Part shown: piece by piece, positions 35,907 to 49,050 of the stretch
Numbering within the stretch: the stretch's first letter is position 1
How the letters are laid out: every line of letters starts with the position of its first letter
Assembly (NCBI GenBank): GCA_964658305.1
Contig: OZ210885.1
Location: 18,848,001 to 18,912,000 of the forward strand
Source of the DNA: Leptogorgia sarmentosa
Taxonomy: Eukaryota
DNA: 64,000 bases
Direction of reading: 5' to 3'
Notes under the pieces: model-generated
What the model was told of the DNA's origin: nothing
The model's database searches: none
What the model saw: the letters and a program-made list of their open reading frames with translations, nothing else
Made by a program: the position numbers and the translations under genes

Positions 35907-38047
35907 TACGGTGGCCCGTTAGGGACACGCATGTTCCGTAGAAAATTAGGTCCTCTCAGTAGAATGGCGGTTGTATTCCGTGCAAATGCAGTTATTTTCT
36001 GTAGAAATGAAGGGTTTTTCCGCAGAAATTTGATGCTTTTCCGTGGTATGTATCGTATATTTCCGTAGAAATATGATACTTTTCGGTAGAAATATGATAC
36101 TTTTAAAACTGATGCGCGCGCATGTGATTTTGTTGTCATCCCCAGGCCTCCATATTAAAATAAACTCGACGCGCAAGCCACGTGCGTTCTTTTAAAATTT
36201 CAGGTTTCACTAGCGTTTGCTTCTAGTATTCGATCTTTTTTAAGTTTTGAACCGTGTAACATGTTTTGCCAAGGCTGTGGAACGAAGCTCTTGGACAACG
36301 CCAAGTACTGCCATAATTGCGGTGTGTGTGCATCGTCAAATCTTGGTATGTTACCGTATGTTCTCAATATGTAAATGTTATATGCAAATATAACCGTGGG
36401 GAGAGTATTTCTTAATTAGCAATCTTGTGTTTTGGAAGTTTTGGTATATGGTACTTGATTTTCATTGCTTAAATTTTTCAATCTTTAGATTCATCCAAAC
36501 CGTCAACCAACAATTCTGTTGTTAAACCTAGCTCATTTGAGGCTTTCCGCAAAAAAAAAGAGCAAGACCGCTCATCAAAATTCAAGCTAAAACCAGGTGG
36601 GAAGCGGGCAAAGGTATCCCGAGAGGTTAAAATCCAGGTAGGCCTGGTGAAAGATAAAAATGGTGATGGTGTTTTGGTAAAGGCAAAGTCAAGAACAATA
36701 ACTCTTGCAATTGATGAAGATAGTGATGTTGATACACTATTAGCAAAAGCTATAGAGAAACACACACGCCATCACCAGCAATTTGAAAGGGATATTAAGT
36801 ATGTCCTTTTATATCATGACATGTCCATGGTAAAGAACTTACCTCGAAGCAACACACCATTTGTTTTGTCGAAGTATCAGAAAGATTTGCTGATGCCCTA
36901 TTCAAAAATATATTTCTGGTTATGTTCACAAGCTGATTTTGAAAGCTCATTATCAGAGGAAAGCTCTGATACAGAACTTGAAATGAGACAGGTTAAAAGT
37001 GCTGCAGATCCAGAACAGTGTAGCACTGCACAGTCAAGTTCAATGTCCGGTACAACCAGCAGCAATGAAGCCAAAAATAATGTCAGACAAGGTACACAAT
37101 TGTCATTCTGTGAAACCTTAGCATTGCACCCTCCAAATGTTTCAAGCAGAATATCATCCAGGTCTGATCAACAAGAATTAATTGATAATTATTTGGTTTC
37201 CCATCAATGTCCCACTTGCCTTAAGTTTTTTTCACGAGCTGAGATTGAGGTTCATGCTGATGTGTGCGCAGAAAATTGGATTGACCCTATTGGTGACTGT
37301 GGGGATTCAGTGGCAATCTGTGATAGTGGTGAAGAAACTCTCACTGCTGATGAACTGAGTGTTCTTGAATCTGAACCAGAAGTAAGACGGATATTATTAA
37401 GAAGATTAACAGTTCCCTCAAGAGGACATCAATAAACAGAATAACAATTCGGAGACAGGAAGCCTTTCAAGATTATTTGGAGGCCAGGAGAAAAAAATGG
37501 TTTACAGAAGGAGCAGTTCTCAAGATTAGTTTTGCAGGTGAACCAGCGGTTGATGGAGGTGGGCCGAGACGGGAGTTTTTTACAGGCAAGACTTTCGTTA
37601 TTAGGACCACAATAATTATAGCTTGAGCTCATTGTTGTATTAATAGATGCCTTAAATTGCATCTTCATTTCTTTAGCAATGTATGGTGTGATAAGTTGCA
37701 TATTGCCACTTGTTATTGAAAACCACTTATTGCATTTGAATTTAATCTTCTAACTTCCTCCATTTTCACTCTGGATCATTAATTAATGCATGAATAAATG
37801 TTTTGTGTACATGCTAATATGTGATAACTTTTTTCTGTAGATGTTTTGAAGCACATCCAGCACACATTGTTTGATTCCAGTGGGTATCCATTGATCAACA
37901 CACGTGCACTGGCTAACAACGAATTTAAAGTGGCAGGTGAACTAATGGCTTCATCACTTGCCCAAGAAGGACCTGCACCATGCTTGCTTGCAGAGAAAGT
38001 CTTCGATTATGTTGCTAGAGGCATACACAGTATCCAATCATACAACT
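35907..38047 (+). mobile_element. IS3EU-like element copy 2, left part only
   Basis: Begins TACGGTGGCCC (first 11 nt identical to copy 1), subterminal ttccgtagaaa repeats, then a HECT gene in the same position and orientation as in copy 1. Confidence 0.7.
36262..38047 (+). pseudogene. Zinc ribbon-UBZ-HECT E3 ligase-like gene, truncated
   Basis: MFCQGCG...YCHNCG; UBZ4-like CPTCLKFF...EVHADVC; GEPAVDGGGPRREFF (~37538-37582); GELMASSLAQEGPAP. Confidence 0.75.
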
Positions 38048-38200
38048 GGCTAGGACCCTCCTTGTGCTTTTGTGGAATATTCCACAAAAGCACAACTTGT
38101 GCTTTTGTGGAACTTGTGCTTTTGTGGACTTGTGCTTTTGTGGATTTTATTTGTGCTTTTGTGGATTGGTCCTAAATTTAACTTGTGCTTTTGTGGATTA
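38048..38200. repeat. Array of cttgtgcttttgtgga units; probable terminus of an unclassified element
   Basis: About 7 copies, one inverted (tccacaaaagcacaa). It abruptly interrupts the HECT exon. Confidence 0.6.
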
Positions 38201-40351
38201 ATGCTTGCTTTTGATTGGCTTATCCACTCTGATGCTGCAATCTGATTGGCTTAGAACTGTTCGCAGCCTAACTCTGCAGGATTAGGGCGGGGTTTTATCA
38301 AATTTGGCACACATTGCTGCAGACCAGTGATTGACAGTTCACAATTGTTTTTTTTACAATAACTCTGGATGGTTTTCACCAATCAGGCTAATGATTGGTC
38401 AGTTGGTGCATCCTCCTCGGCACTATTGCTCAACATAGCCAAAATTCAAATTTGAAAATTGAGGTTGGCGGATGGACTTAAGACCAAGTGCATTCAAGTC
38501 CCCATAGTCCCTAGATCATGATGGGCGTGGTCTTGACTCGACCACGCCCAGACCACGCCCACCAAAAATCATCGGAATGGTCCAAAACATATTTTAAAAA
38601 CATTTAAAAATGGGCGTGGTCACTTTTTTCTATAGGTAACCACGCCCACCAAAGTTGTTTAGAATTGTCCAAAACGTATTTTAAAGAAATAAAAATGTGT
38701 TGCATGACGAAACTTCCATGTGGTCTGAGATATCGCCCTTCTTCACTGTTCGTCTGCCAACAACTTCGATACTCGATAGAAAACCGATTGAAATACTAGA
38801 AATTTTGCGTTCAGTCTTCAAAATGGCGCCACAGGAACAAACTGCTAGAACTACAAGTGAACCTCAACCTGTTGAACCTGAAAAGATGACCAGAAAAGAT
38901 CGTCTAGCGGAGCACAACGCGAAATGTGAGCGGATTGTGCACTACCTATGACACGGAAAGTATCAAGCTGGCTTGTCGAAAAATCAGCAGCGAGTGGTTC
39001 GTGGCCAAGCCAGAGGAGGTTGGACAGCAGACCGCAAAGCGTCATGGGTAATGAGCGTCTAATTACACGTGCGGCCTCATTCATACTTTGACTGCCGTGA
39101 TGTAAACATCTCTGGTCCAATTAATAATGGACGTTGACTTCGATGTTTCTTGAAAATAACGCGATTGTTGCGATCGTTTCGATGGTTACTGTTCTACTAT
39201 TCCAAGTTTATCGTTTTTAAATTGCCTGGCTTCCTTAGTAATCCGTCTTTAATACAAAGAATTCGGTATCAATTACCGAGTCACCATGTATGATTCCATG
39301 TTTGATGAAGTTAAAACAGTATTCCAGGTTAGTATATCAATATTTGAACTATGATACATTTATTTTAACATATCTATTATATATTTTAATATATTTATTA
39401 CTTATTTATAAATATTTGTTTTACGATTACATGTTTATCGTATAATAGTATAAATATCGGGTGTCCTCAAAAAGAATTTACTTGTAATACAGTTATACTC
39501 TAACTTTCTAAGATATATATGGCTGTATAAATCTTCCTTTGTAGCAGACTATCAGGTAGTGAATTTCATTTTGATCTGTATAGCTTATGTAATATTGCAT
39601 GTTCAAGGTTACATGTAACTTATTTAGGAATTCTGATTTTGAGGAAAAGATTTTCTTCTGTTGTGATTTTATAGAAAGAATTTGCTACATATAAAATTGG
39701 TTGACTGATTTTGAACTTGGGCAAGATGGAAGTGACCAGTTAAAGCAACTGAAGATGCTGGGATTTGATGAATTAATTAGAATGCTATTAATCTGAAAGC
39801 AGCAATAATGAAGACATTCCATTGGTTCCACTGCTCATGAAAATATTTCCAAACTTTCATACTGCCATACCTGACAAGTTCTTCAAGAGATGTTTTTAAT
39901 GTAAATAATATAGTACAATAAGCCAAGGTCTACAGCTATTGAATGAATGCAGGATATACTGTATTTGTACTAAATTAAGTAGTGATTTCCCCACCCATGT
40001 AATCATCACTGACAGGATATATACACCTTTGAAAATGTGCTTTTAGTAATAAAAACATTACACAACACACTTGGTATAAACAATGTAACATATAATTGTA
40101 TCAATAAATTTGTGAAACTGTGTAATTATCTTGAGCACTTGACTTTGTATATTCACTCTGGAATAGGAAATTTGAGTCATCCATGGTTGTGTGCTAAAAG
40201 TCTCTTTAGCAGTCTTTTCATCTTTTTCAGTCTATCAACTTTGCCACATTTTTGATAATAAGACTGTTACAATATGTGGTTGGGCCCCCTATGTCGGGGG
40301 TCACATGGTAATAAAATGTTGTTGTTCATGCAATGGCGCCATCTTGATACA

Positions 40352-40363
40352 TGGTGGCAGCGG
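40352..40363 (+). promoter_or_regulatory. Primer binding site, probably tRNA-Leu
   Basis: TGGTGGCAGCGG immediately after the 5' LTR; complementary to a ...CCGCUGCCACCA tRNA 3' end. Confidence 0.7.
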
Positions 40364-40412
40364 GTCTGAAGCCCACACAATCATCTTAAAACCAGTTCCA
40401 TAACGCGACAAC

Positions 40413-43400
40413 ATGGAAACTCCTATGGAAGACGACGCAGCCGACAGTCCTTCGCCTTCTGGCTTGGCTCAAGCTTCGCCAGCACTGACCATGCTACCTG
40501 GAATAAAGTCGCCTGGCAAACTCGATCTCCGTACGAACATCGTTGACAACTGGAAAACGTACAAACCGACGTGGAACAACTACGCTATCATTACCAATCT
40601 CAATGTCCAGCCCGAGGAATATCAGCTAGCTTTGTTCTTGCATTGTATCGGCCCCGATGCCCTGAAAATCTACAATGGTTTCGATTTTGCTAACGAAGGC
40701 GATAACAAGTCTATAAAGAAGACCTTTGAGATGTTCGACGTTTACACGATGGGTGAGATAAACGAAATATACGAACGCTATGTGTTTAACTCGAGAAATC
40801 AGCAGCCAGATGAATCGATAGACACATACGTAACTGTGCTTCGAAATTTAGCGAAGACCTGCAACTTTTGCGACTGCCTGAAGGACACATTACTACGAGA
40901 CAGAATTGTTCTAGGAATACAGAGCCAACCAACACGAAAGCGATTATTGCAAGACCGGAAGCTGAGCCTTAAGAAATGTATTGATTTGTGCCGCAGTATG
41001 GAAGCCGCCTCATCACAGCTGAAGTATATCACACAAGAGAAAACCGCCGCCGAGAGTATTCGATCAGTTAGACAACAACCTAAGGCACTGTCGAAGAACC
41101 GAACCCAAAGCCGTCGGCCAACCATCCGCCCTACAGAGGGCCCTCCCGTTGCTTGTCACTACTCTGGAAATGAACACCCCCCGCCAAAGGAGAACTGCGC
41201 AGCCTGGGGAAAGTCCTGTCTTTCCTGTGGAGGACGAAATCATTTTGCGCGAGTATGTCGTAAAACCAAGAGGGCAGCCATCCGTGCCATACAAGAAAAT
41301 GTGACTCCTGATGAGGAAGATGAGGAAGAGGATCATGATGAGGATATCGAGTATATCACATCTGTCACATTAGTACCTGACCAGGTTCATGCCGTCACAG
41401 CTCACAATAATGCATTTGCCAATGAAATATATGCTGAGCTCATAATTGCAAACCAGAGGATCCAATTTCAAATTGACTGTGGTGCAACAATCAACATACT
41501 GCCACAGAGGTATGTCAAAGATCAGAAGCTAAAGCCAACAACCAAGAAGCTCCGTATGTGGAACCACTCTGAGGTCACACCACTTGGGACAACCAGAGCT
41601 GTCACCAAGAACCCGCAGAACAACAGAAGATACTCTATTGAATTTATTGTTGTACGAGAGAGCCTGGTACCCATTATTGGTGCACGCGCAGCTCAACACA
41701 TGAACATTATCACTGTTCACAATGAAAACTTCACCCCCGCTGTACCAAACAAGGCCCATGAGGAACCAACGCCGAGTATGAATGCCCTACACACCACAGA
41801 GCAGGTTATCTCACAGTATCCAGATGTTTTCCAGCGCCCTTTGGGAACACTGGCAGGTGAAGTTCACCTAGAAGTTGACCCAGATGTCTGCCCAGTCATC
41901 ACGCCAACACGACGCATCCCAGCAGCACTCAGATCTCAATTCCAGCATGAGTTAGATCGACTACAGAAGCTTGGTGTAATCACACCAGTCGATGAACCCA
42001 CACCTTGGGTGAACAGTGTTGCCATTGCAACACGGAAGTCTGGAGCCATGAGAATATGTATCGACCCTCGTCCATTGAATACAGCACTGAAGAGAGAGAG
42101 GCACCAAATGGTTATTCTGGATGAAATCTTGCCCGAGCTTTCCAAGGCCAAGGTATTCACCACGGTTGACCTTCGAGCCGGTTACTGGCACTGCCCCTTG
42201 GACACCGCATCCAGCCTACTGACCACGTTCTCTACACCCTACGGACGTTTTAGATGGCTCAGATTACCATTTGGTCTTTGCGTGTCATCCGAGATCTTTC
42301 AGAAGTGGGTGAACCAAGCGTTGGATGGCCTTGAAGGAACACTCAACATATCCGATGATATTTTGATCTATGGCGTTGGTGAAACCAAGGAAGAAGCAGA
42401 CAAGGATCACGACGCCAAACTAGTGCGTTTACTAGAACGTTGTCAAAGCAAAGGAATTGTGCTAAACCCAGAGAAGTTAAAGCTACGACTAGAGGAGGTG
42501 GCATTTATGGGTCATGTTCTAACCAGCACTGGGGTAAAGATTGACCCAGACAAAGTCAAAGCCGTCACCGAGATGCCACCACCCACAACTGTGGAAGAAG
42601 TCCAACGATTGAATGGTTTCGTGAACTATTTGGCTAAATTCCTCCCACGGCTCACTGCGATTATGGAGCCCCTCCGACAACTGACCAGAAAGGGTGCGCC
42701 ATGGGAATGGTCCCAGAGACAGCAACAAGCATTTGAGAACGTGAAGAAGCTCGCCACTGAAGCTCCGATCCTATGTTACTATGATCCTGGCAAAGAACTG
42801 CAGGTCCAATGTGACGCAAGCCAAAAGGGTGTGGGAGCTGCGCTCATTCAGGAAGGGAAACCTTTAGCTTATGCCAGCCGTGCCTTAACAGAGACCGAGC
42901 AAAGATATGCTCAGATCGAGAAAGAGATGCTCGCCATTGTTTTCTCCCTGGAGAACTTCCACCACTACACGTTCGGCCGACCGGTAAAGGTGTTCAGTGA
43001 CCACAAGCCTCTTGAGATGATAATCAAGAAACCGTTATCAGCCATACCTCGACGCCTACAAGGCATGAGAATGCGCCTACAGGCATATGACATTGAAGTG
43101 ATATATCAGCCAGGCCCAACGATGCACATCTCTGATTTGCTGTCCCGATCTTACCTGCCTGGAGCACCCGAGCCCAACCTTGGAGAATTTGAGCACATCA
43201 ATATGGCGCAGTTCCTACCTATATCCGACGAGCGTCTCTCTGACATCAAAGAAGCAACCGCGGCCAACGAGACGCTACAGCTACTAAAAGAAACTGTCTT
43301 GAAAGGCTGGCCTGACGACAAACAACACGTGCCTGAACAAGTCCGCCCTTACTTCAGCACCCGCGATGAGCTATCCGTACAAGACGGACTGGTATTCAGG

Positions 43401-44597
43401 GGGCAACGCGTCGTAGTTCCAGTAAAGCTTCGTCGAGACATGAAGACCCGACTACACTCATCGCACATGGGAGCAGAATCGTGTTTAAGAAGGGCAAGAG
43501 AATGTCTGTTCTGGCCAGGGATGTCAGCGGAGATACGACAAGTTGTGGCGCAATGCGAGACGTGTGCCAGGTTTGGCGTCAGCCAGCAGAAAGAAACCCT
43601 CATGCCCCACCCAGTTCCCTCCAGGCCATGGCAAAAGATCGCCGTGGACCTCTTCAAATGCGACCAGAAGGATTACATGGTCACTGTCGACTATTTCAGT
43701 AACTACTGGGAAGTAGATGCCCTGCCAAGCAATACAACAGCTGCTGCTGTTATCAAGAAGCTCAAGAATCACTTCTCCCGCTATGGCAGCCCAGAGGTTC
43801 TTATGTCTGACAACGGACTGCAGTTTACCTCCACAGAGTTCCTTGAGTTCTCCAAAGCATGGGACTTTGAACACCGCACATCAAGTCCTGAGCACCACCA
43901 GTCGAACGGCATGGCAGAGTCTGCGGTGAAATCTGCAAAGCGACTACTCCGAAAGACGAAAGCAGCCGGCACAGACTTCCAGCTAGCTTTACTGGACTTC
44001 AGAAACACCCCCTCTCAAGGAATGGGACTGAGCCCCGTACAGCGCTTTATGAACCGACGATCAAGAACACTGCTCCCCACAACCACCACGCTGTTGCAAC
44101 CATGTTCCGTGACACTAGAGACACAGCAAAGCAAACTCCGTGAGAAACAGAAGAATCAAACCCGCTACTACAACCGACAAGCCAAGGACCTCGATGCCCT
44201 GAAGAAAGGAGATGTGGTGCGAATGAAACCTACTCGTGCTGGCCAGCATCAATGGAAGAAGGCCACTGTCACATCCAGCTATGGAAACAGATCTTACCTC
44301 GTTGAAACTGAGGACGGTGGGAAATACAGACGGAACAGAGTACACCTTAGGAAATCCGAAGAAACGGCCTATACCGATGACGACATAGATCCTACCTCAC
44401 CACCAAATGATGAACAAGCTGAATCCGAGCCACCAACCAGTGAAGTACCAGAGCAGACCCTTGACGTTTCTCAATCCTCCAGTTTACCGTCTGATGCAAC
44501 CATACAGAGCCCTATCCTGAGAAGACCACAACGTCAGAGAAACCCACCCGTTTATCTTCAAGAATATGACTGCGGACAAATCAACTCGCGACCATAG
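40413..44597 (+). CDS. Gag-Pol polyprotein (Gag, PR, RT, RNase H, IN)
   Basis: 1394-aa uninterrupted ORF: CLSCGGRNHFARVC, IDCGA, LPFGL, ISDDIL, CDAS, DHKPL, SDNG, SNGMAE. Confidence 0.95.
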   Translation: METPMEDDAADSPSPSGLAQASPALTMLPGIKSPGKLDLRTNIVDNWKTYKPTWNNYAIITNLNVQPEEYQLALFLHCIGPDALKIYNGFDFANEGDNKSIKKTFEMFDVYTMGEINEIYERYVFNSRNQQPDESIDTYVTVLRNLAKTCNFCDCLKDTLLRDRIVLGIQSQPTRKRLLQDRKLSLKKCIDLCRSMEAASSQLKYITQEKTAAESIRSVRQQPKALSKNRTQSRRPTIRPTEGPPVACHYSGNEHPPPKENCAAWGKSCLSCGGRNHFARVCRKTKRAAIRAIQENVTPDEEDEEEDHDEDIEYITSVTLVPDQVHAVTAHNNAFANEIYAELIIANQRIQFQIDCGATINILPQRYVKDQKLKPTTKKLRMWNHSEVTPLGTTRAVTKNPQNNRRYSIEFIVVRESLVPIIGARAAQHMNIITVHNENFTPAVPNKAHEEPTPSMNALHTTEQVISQYPDVFQRPLGTLAGEVHLEVDPDVCPVITPTRRIPAALRSQFQHELDRLQKLGVITPVDEPTPWVNSVAIATRKSGAMRICIDPRPLNTALKRERHQMVILDEILPELSKAKVFTTVDLRAGYWHCPLDTASSLLTTFSTPYGRFRWLRLPFGLCVSSEIFQKWVNQALDGLEGTLNISDDILIYGVGETKEEADKDHDAKLVRLLERCQSKGIVLNPEKLKLRLEEVAFMGHVLTSTGVKIDPDKVKAVTEMPPPTTVEEVQRLNGFVNYLAKFLPRLTAIMEPLRQLTRKGAPWEWSQRQQQAFENVKKLATEAPILCYYDPGKELQVQCDASQKGVGAALIQEGKPLAYASRALTETEQRYAQIEKEMLAIVFSLENFHHYTFGRPVKVFSDHKPLEMIIKKPLSAIPRRLQGMRMRLQAYDIEVIYQPGPTMHISDLLSRSYLPGAPEPNLGEFEHINMAQFLPISDERLSDIKEATAANETLQLLKETVLKGWPDDKQHVPEQVRPYFSTRDELSVQDGLVFRGQRVVVPVKLRRDMKTRLHSSHMGAESCLRRARECLFWPGMSAEIRQVVAQCETCARFGVSQQKETLMPHPVPSRPWQKIAVDLFKCDQKDYMVTVDYFSNYWEVDALPSNTTAAAVIKKLKNHFSRYGSPEVLMSDNGLQFTSTEFLEFSKAWDFEHRTSSPEHHQSNGMAESAVKSAKRLLRKTKAAGTDFQLALLDFRNTPSQGMGLSPVQRFMNRRSRTLLPTTTTLLQPCSVTLETQQSKLREKQKNQTRYYNRQAKDLDALKKGDVVRMKPTRAGQHQWKKATVTSSYGNRSYLVETEDGGKYRRNRVHLRKSEETAYTDDDIDPTSPPNDEQAESEPPTSEVPEQTLDVSQSSSLPSDATIQSPILRRPQRQRNPPVYLQEYDCGQINSRP

Positions 44598-47171
44598 AAC
44601 TATTGTTTATTCTAGTCCTACATTGTTGAGTTCATAGAACTATTGTTTATAAGACATTCTAGTCTTACATTGTTGAGTTCAGTTAAAGCCCTAGTTATCT
44701 TTGTCAATATTATAAAAGGGGAGATGTTACAATATGTGGTTGGGCCCCCTATGTCGGGGGTCACGTGGTAATAAAATGTTGTTGTTCGTGCAATGGCGCC
44801 ATCTTGATACAAAGACAAACAACACATGACAATTACATGTGACTGGGTAATTACAATGTTAATATTAATAGCTTCAGCCAATTACTATCATCCCAGTCTC
44901 TATATCTACAGTACATATATTTGTACTGTTTGTGCTCTGCTCAAGTTGAGCTGGTAAACCTTCTGCTGGATTGAATTGCATATGGGCTGCTATAGCAACT
45001 CAGCTTGCCCTGTTGAGGGGTCACTTCACAATTTTCCTTGAACAACCCCCAGGACCAGCTGTTGTTCAGCAGGAGGATGAAAAGAGCAATATAACACTCA
45101 AAGCTGACACACATGCACCTGTAATAAGTAAAAATATATAAATAAGAAGATAAAAGAACAGTAGCCCTATGCCTAATGATTTGTGTAGGAACTCCTCCCT
45201 ATAATAGTGGTCTATAATAGTGGTTGTCCAGGGATGAGTAGAAAAAAAATTCAATAAGGCCCTTTTGGGGACATCTTAAAAACCCATAATAACTTAGCTG
45301 TAATACGGAATAAGTGTTTGGTCGTAAAACCTGCGTGAGGCGACAGCTGATGTCAAAAAGCAACATGTAAATAGCAACCCAAAATTAAAATCTACATTAA
45401 GCCTAAAAAAACATGGTTTCAAATATTCAAATATTCCTGTGAAACTAATTGAACACCTGATGTAATATATAACTTTACAATCTCGCCACTAATTCACAAA
45501 TTATTCAACAAAATAAGCTTTCTTGGCAACAAGGCGAAGTACCATTTTTGGTACTTGTCGAAACGAGTCATGTCGACTCAAAGTGAAATTTCTCATTACG
45601 GGGAGGGGGTATTTTGGGGCTAAAACCATACGTTTTTAGTTTATATATTTGTCTTCATGCTCAGAAAAAATTTAAAAAATCGAACCACAGGAATTCGAGA
45701 TTTTTCAGTTTAAAAATCGTAAACAGAAATCAAATTTAGCTGTCGGGTTGAAATGACCCTCCGATATCTGATGATAAAAATGAAGCAGTAATTATGCTTA
45801 CCTCGCTTGAAATTCCAGATATAAGAAGTTCAACTCTTCCTTTTACAGAATTCTAGCAATTCCAGCATCAAATTTGAATAAAAATACCCAAAATTTGAAT
45901 AGTTTTGTGCGCTATGCAAATTATTTTGTTCAAAATCCTTGCAAAAGCAAAGTCAAAATGACGCGATTTGATTGGTCGAGAAATTCACGTGACAGCTGTC
46001 CAACCTCCTCTGTGGCCAAGCTAAGAACTATGTTCTGGATGAGACAAGTAAATACTAAATATATGATATATTATTCAGTAATCTAAATTTAAGTTATATT
46101 AAGCTCGTTCGAGAATTGTGATATTTGCACACAATATGCCATAAATACTAACACATGTCTGAATCGTTATTCACGTATTATCATTATCAAGCTCTTGTTA
46201 ATTGGTCATTTTCTCAAGATAGATAACATAAAATAATATGAAATTACATTATGATACATTTCAGACAATGAGCTATATTACACTAGTGGGAAAGTTGGAA
46301 TCCGAAAGAAGGTTGTTCTTACCTTAGAAGAAATTGCAGAAGTGTTGCATCATCACCATGGCAATGCTATGGGGGGCACAGTGGAGTGAATGCTACGTTG
46401 AACAAGATTTCAAATTATTATTGTTGGAATGGGATGAAAGAGGATGTGCAAGAATATGTAAGTCTAGATGTAACATTAAGTCTATACTAGTAACTCTAGT
46501 ATCCTTGATGAGTAAAATACCCCTGCTTTGGCCATAGAGTAAATGCTAACACATATGCATACATTGCATGTTAAGGTGACCAAACTTTGCATACTTGTAT
46601 TTTTTAGATAATGTCATGTCATCAATGCCAGACATACAGCAAAATTAAAACTCAAGCACCAGAACTCATTCCTATCAAAGTGAATGAGGCACTAGAGTTG
46701 GTTGGAATGGATTTGATTGGTTAGTAGCAGTAATAATGACTGATCAAATACAGTGAAATGAAAATCATACACTATCATAATGTATGTAAAAGGATGAGGG
46801 GTCAAACACATCCCTTCATTCCATTGAACACCCCCTTCCCCTGGAGAGAGGTTAAATAATTGCATGCAACTTAAACTGTTCCTTTTTATATACATTAAAC
46901 TATACATTACTAAAATACTTATCTTTTTTATAAGGACCGTTACCAACAACTGCAGAAGGGTATAAATATGTTTGTACCTTCACCGATTATTTTACAAAGT
47001 TTGTGGATCTTTACCCGCTCAAAACGAAATCTGCAGATGGTGTTGCAAAATGCATCAAAACATTTACATGCAGGTAATATGAGGGAACATGGGAATGAGG
47101 TTGACCGAATAGTTATTAGAATATTCCGGGGCATCATCACATAATGTTTGCTCTGTGGGTTTCAATATGCC

Positions 47172-47390
47172 CAGGGTTTGGAATAGCTGCCGGCGATAGC
47201 CAGCACTTTTAGGACCTTGCTAGTGATTTTAATTGCAAAGCATAACTCAAAAGATCTGGGGATAAGCGAAATTGAAATAAGCGAAATGCCCGCTTTTTCA
47301 GCTTGGAAAATGGCCGGAAAAAATTTTGATCTAAGTATAAAAACAGCCTACAAAATTGAGCATATTTTCTGAATGTTATTTCGAACCCTG
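47172..47390. mobile_element. MITE with a 5-bp TSD (hAT5-like) in a Ginger intron
   Basis: cagggtttggaatagc versus gttatttcgaaccctg; ATGCC on both sides. Confidence 0.65.
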
Positions 47391-49050
47391 ATGCCTCTTC
47401 AATATAATTGTGGGAAATGTTTTCACATGCAAATAGAGCTTTTCCTGTTCATATTTACTTCAAAACTCTTACAAAAATAACCCAAAACCTTAACATGTCT
47501 GCCATGTGTTTTCCTGTCTCATCATTCATTGGGGCTCGTACATCACAGTCACCCAAAATGGAAACTTAAAAGGTTATACACAAATCAATAGATTTTCAAC
47601 ATATTACTAAAGATCAATAGATTAGTGTTCTAATTCTAGGGTGGTATTCTTATCTTTTAGATGGGGTGCACCAGCTCGGCTTCTTTCTGACCAGGGAAGA
47701 GAATTTGTTGCCAACGTGAATGATGAAGTGTGTAGAGAATTTGGGATCAAAAGATCAGTCACAAGTGCTTATCATCCCCAGACAAATGGGTTGGATGAAC
47801 GGACAAACCAAACTTTGAAGCAGCGTTTGTCCAAATTAGTCAACGACCATCAAAATAATTGGTGTAACTTCTTAGATGAAGTTGCATATTCAATAAGAAC
47901 ACAAAAGCAAGCTACGACTAAATACACACCATTTTTTCTGATGTTTGGTCGGAATCCAAATTCTCCTCAGATGGTAAATTGTGTTATTTAATATTACATG
48001 ATCTATATCTAATTTATGTTTGAGTGATGTTATTCGTTGCCTGCACAATTGACATCCGTATGTGTCACTGGGTGCAATTTTGGTTCATTTTAAAATTCAC
48101 TTTATGGTTGATTTGAAAAATCAAGCAGGATGCTGTTGCTTGCAAACAAGCAATGTGTAATTAATATTTATTTAATATCTCTCTATAGATGACTGTTGTG
48201 GAGGACAGTTCTTCTGCACCTGATCATGATGAAGACCAGCTGGACAAACAAGTTGGTGAAATGATTGCTTTATCTGAAGTCACATGCAAGCAAGTATGTA
48301 TTGTACAATTGTCAATTTTTATAACCCATTCAGTGTAAAGTGGTGCCAGACAGAGTAAAATTGTCTGGTGCTAGACAAGGTAAACTTGAAGGGTTAAGCA
48401 CATGCTTAGTAACATATTTTTTGTTGTAGGTTCTTAGCAATGTAGAGATTGCTCAGGAAAAGCAAAAGAAGCAATACCAAAGAAGAAAGGCAAAGGGTGT
48501 CAAAACGTTTGACATCAAAGTTGGTGACACAGTTTTTAAAAAACACATGAAAAATGTGTCCAGAAAAGGTGGGAAGATGGAACCTACTTGGATGGGTCCA
48601 TACAGGTAATAACAAGACACATTATTTGGATAATGTAAATGAATAAAGTTACCTGGCTTTAATAACAGACAAAAAATAGATCATTTAATATAGAGAGTGT
48701 TTGGTAATGTTGAAAATGGATATAGATTAAAATTTGAGATACCATATTAGAATAAGTTACATACATATGGCCATTTCGTGAGCTTAGCCCGTTAAATGCG
48801 CCCTACATTATTCTTTTTACTCTGTCTAATGCCAGATGATTTTATTCATCAAGAAAAGAGTCTTGCAATCTAATGGGTAATATTTATTTATAACCTTGTT
48901 TATATTACTGTTTATAGGGTAACAGAAATTGACAAGTTTCAAAGAGCAACACTCATTTCCTTGAAAGATGGTGCTGTGCCTTTAAAAAAGAAAGTTCCAT
49001 ATGACCAACTGCGACCTTACGTGACCAGCGAACTTCATGACTTGAACACA

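Larger units (their letters stand above)
40265..44811 (+). mobile_element. Full-length Ty3/Gypsy (Mag-like) LTR retrotransposon
   Basis: 87-bp LTRs at 40265-40351 and 44725-44811 (TG..CA, 2 mismatches); TSD AAGAC; PBS TGGTGGCAGCGG; PPT AAAAGGGGAGA. Confidence 0.95.
39011..46012. mobile_element. Non-autonomous TIR element with a 9-bp TSD
   Basis: TIR cagaggaggttggacagc versus gctgtccaacctcctctg; TSD TGGCCAAGC at 39002-39010 and 46013-46021. Confidence 0.85.

Noticed and set aside
46266..48610. Integrase of a second Gypsy retrotransposon
   Set aside because: It has multiple introns, no RT, RNase H or LTR, and an Ulp1-PHD tail, which fits a Ginger DNA transposon.
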